Below are positions 42,634 through 43,852 of a stretch of DNA of 43,852 bases, one piece after another (position 1 is the stretch's first letter; every line of letters begins with the position of its first letter). Origin of the DNA: an archaeon (GTDB lineage: Archaea > Aenigmatarchaeota > Aenigmatarchaeia > CG10238-14 > SCSR01); assembly GCA_035288545.1 (NCBI GenBank), contig DATEAB010000011.1, positions 1 through 43,852 of the forward strand, read 5' to 3'. Both the position numbers and the translations under genes were made by a program. The notes beneath the pieces are model-generated. The model was not told the DNA's origin, ran no database searches, and worked only from the letters and a program-made list of their open reading frames with translations.

Positions 42634-42736
42634 CTTTCTGCATTTTTAGCACCTGTTACTTCTCTTCTTCGCAGGTAACCTATAAAAGCCTTTCGAAAGT
42701 GGCAAGCTTTTCTCTTCTATTTGATAAAAAAATAAT

Positions 42737-43045
42737 GTGAGTTACGTAGTAGTTTATGTCACACTTCCTAACAGAAAGTCGGCTTTGCGTGCGGTGCGCC
42801 ATCTGCTGAGGAAAAAGCTGATTGCATGTGCGAACATCTTCCCTGTTTATTCCGAGTATTGGTGGAAATACAAGATTGAAAAGGCGAAGGAAGTCGCAGT
42901 TCTGGCAAAGACTACCGAGAAATCATTTACGCATGTCGAGAAAGAGATCAAACGTTTGCATCCTTACGAACTGGCTGTTGTCGAAAAGATTAAAGTTTCT
43001 GCAAATAATGCTGTTGAAAAATGGTTGAAGTGCTATGTCGAGTAA
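42737..43045 (+). CDS. cutA: CutA1 divalent-cation tolerance protein
   Basis: VVVYVTLPNRKSALRAVRHLLRKKLIACANIFPVYSEYWWKYKIE...HPYELAVV, the typical CutA1 pattern. GTG start. Confidence 0.85.
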   Translation: MSYVVVYVTLPNRKSALRAVRHLLRKKLIACANIFPVYSEYWWKYKIEKAKEVAVLAKTTEKSFTHVEKEIKRLHPYELAVVEKIKVSANNAVEKWLKCYVE

Positions 43046-43785
43046 TGTCTGTTGAAGTTTCGCAGTTTTCTTTTTGCCGATTTGATATGCTCTCCAGTTT
43101 TCTGCATGCTGACAACGAGCTTGTCTGCTGATTTCTCTTCCTCGTTCGAGTCATGGTTAAATCTGGCAATTATCGAAAGCGGGGAAAAGGTGTTGAAGAT
43201 TTGATTCGAGAATTTTATTATCGAGGATTTTTGATGTATATGCGCGAGTTCATGCAGCACGACGGCCTCCGTTTCCTTCTTGTTCAAAAGATCAAACAGG
43301 CCGACAGAAAGGAAAATTGCTGACTTGAAGCTGCGGAATGAAAATGCGATTGGCTCCGCCTTGTTTACCACATAAATTTTTGGAATTGCTATGTCCAGTT
43401 TCCCCGTGTGTTTCTTTGCGAAATTGAAAAGACTGCCGCCAGTTATCTCGCGTTTTTGATTAGTGAAAATGAAAAGTGATGGGATGACAACAAATCCGGC
43501 GAGCGTTCCTGCAACCAGCGTCGTAGGCAGGCTGTATGCGACCAGAGAATAAATGTTCGTGTAGCAGCTAGCGCAAGTCATGCCGCACGCAACGTTCGTC
43601 GTCAAGAGAACGAACGGGAAGAAAAGAGTTATCAGATGGGCGTAAATGAGCGAGACCTTAAACTTTGTTGACAGCTTGAATTTGCTCATTATCGCAAATG
43701 TAATGAAGGCTGCTGAAAATGAGAGAATTGTAAGTGCTACTCGAGTCTGGTCGATCGGAATCCCGATGAAGCAACCTATTGGCAT
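43033..43785 (-). CDS. Membrane zinc metalloprotease (M48/M56, HtpX/BlaR1-like)
   Basis: Four N-terminal TM segments, then VVLHELAHIHQ (HExxH). It overlaps the cutA 3' end by 13 nt (convergent). Confidence 0.75.
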   Translation of the reverse strand: MPIGCFIGIPIDQTRVALTILSFSAAFITFAIMSKFKLSTKFKVSLIYAHLITLFFPFVLLTTNVACGMTCASCYTNIYSLVAYSLPTTLVAGTLAGFVVIPSLFIFTNQKREITGGSLFNFAKKHTGKLDIAIPKIYVVNKAEPIAFSFRSFKSAIFLSVGLFDLLNKKETEAVVLHELAHIHQKSSIIKFSNQIFNTFSPLSIIARFNHDSNEEEKSADKLVVSMQKTGEHIKSAKRKLRNFNRHYST

Positions 43786-43796
43786 ATTTTAACCTC

Positions 43797-43852
43797 TTAA
43801 CCTGCCTTGGCCTTCTTCCTTGCAAATCTTTCGTAAAAGTAATTAACTGCGA
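43797..43852 (-). CDS. Possible 3' end of an upstream minus-strand gene (partial)
   Basis: The minus frame is open from the window edge: ...AVNYFYERFARKKAKAG then TAA (43797-43799). A GAGGT Shine-Dalgarno-like motif follows, before the protease ATG. Only 18 codons are visible. Confidence 0.3.
   Translation of the reverse strand, partial: AVNYFYERFARKKAKAG

Noticed and set aside
42634-42736. Possible palindromic operator in the cysK/cutA divergent spacer (cacctgttac...caggtaacc).
   Set aside because: On checking, the two arms are not reverse complements (gtaacagg versus caggtaac). Only a TATA-like cctataaaagcc box is evident.
1-43852. A search for CRISPR arrays, rRNA genes, IS elements/transposases, integrases, toxin-antitoxin pairs and known defence-system signatures.
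   Set aside because: I saw no regularly spaced direct repeats and no DDE, tyrosine or serine recombinase motifs. I also saw no nuclease or NTPase combinations typical of defence islands. The only clear mobile element is the nrdJ intein.

Overview
The window looks like a compact archaeal chromosome segment. Archaeal markers are an HMf-type histone, RadA, an RPA-type ssDNA-binding protein, AglB/STT3, ribosomal proteins S15P and S3Ae, a GAN/RecJ-like DHH nuclease, Bud32 and an archaeal-type NMN adenylyltransferase. Genes are very tightly packed. Several pairs overlap by ATGA (stop and start share bases), and several convergent pairs overlap at their 3' ends. This fits a small-genome, possibly DPANN-like, archaeon, but that is inference only.

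Four blocks:
1. 1-24249: a large protein/surface-glycan island. It holds AglB, two further large GT-C-like membrane proteins, an Alg7-like GlcNAc-1-P transferase, a split Alg14/Alg13 pair, a Wzx-type flippase, one GT2 and five GT4 enzymes (one with a disrupted 5' end). Sugar-tailoring genes are a Gfo/Idh/MocA oxidoreductase, two extended SDRs, a sugar C-methyltransferase, a small SAM methyltransferase, a plant-type RGP/GT75 homologue, and a NodU/CmcH carbamoyltransferase next to an ornithine carbamoyltransferase.
2. 24262-33283: an information-processing block (histone, NMNAT, RPA, RadA, Bud32, S15, GAN/RecJ, S3Ae, M50 protease). Four AT-rich orphan ORFs of about 90-110 aa are interleaved among these genes.
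3. 33284-38073: a 458-nt AT-rich intergenic region, then a class II (B12-type) ribonucleotide reductase split by a 362-aa LAGLIDADG intein.
4. 38128-43852: membrane ORFans, then a minus-strand cysteine module (PLP cysteine synthase-like enzyme, methyltransferase, tRNA-Cys(GCA), CysRS, a 37-aa basic micro-ORF), then CutA and an M48/M56-type metalloprotease.

I found no CRISPR array, rRNA, transposase or integrase. All functional calls rest on motif recognition by eye, since no database search was possible.
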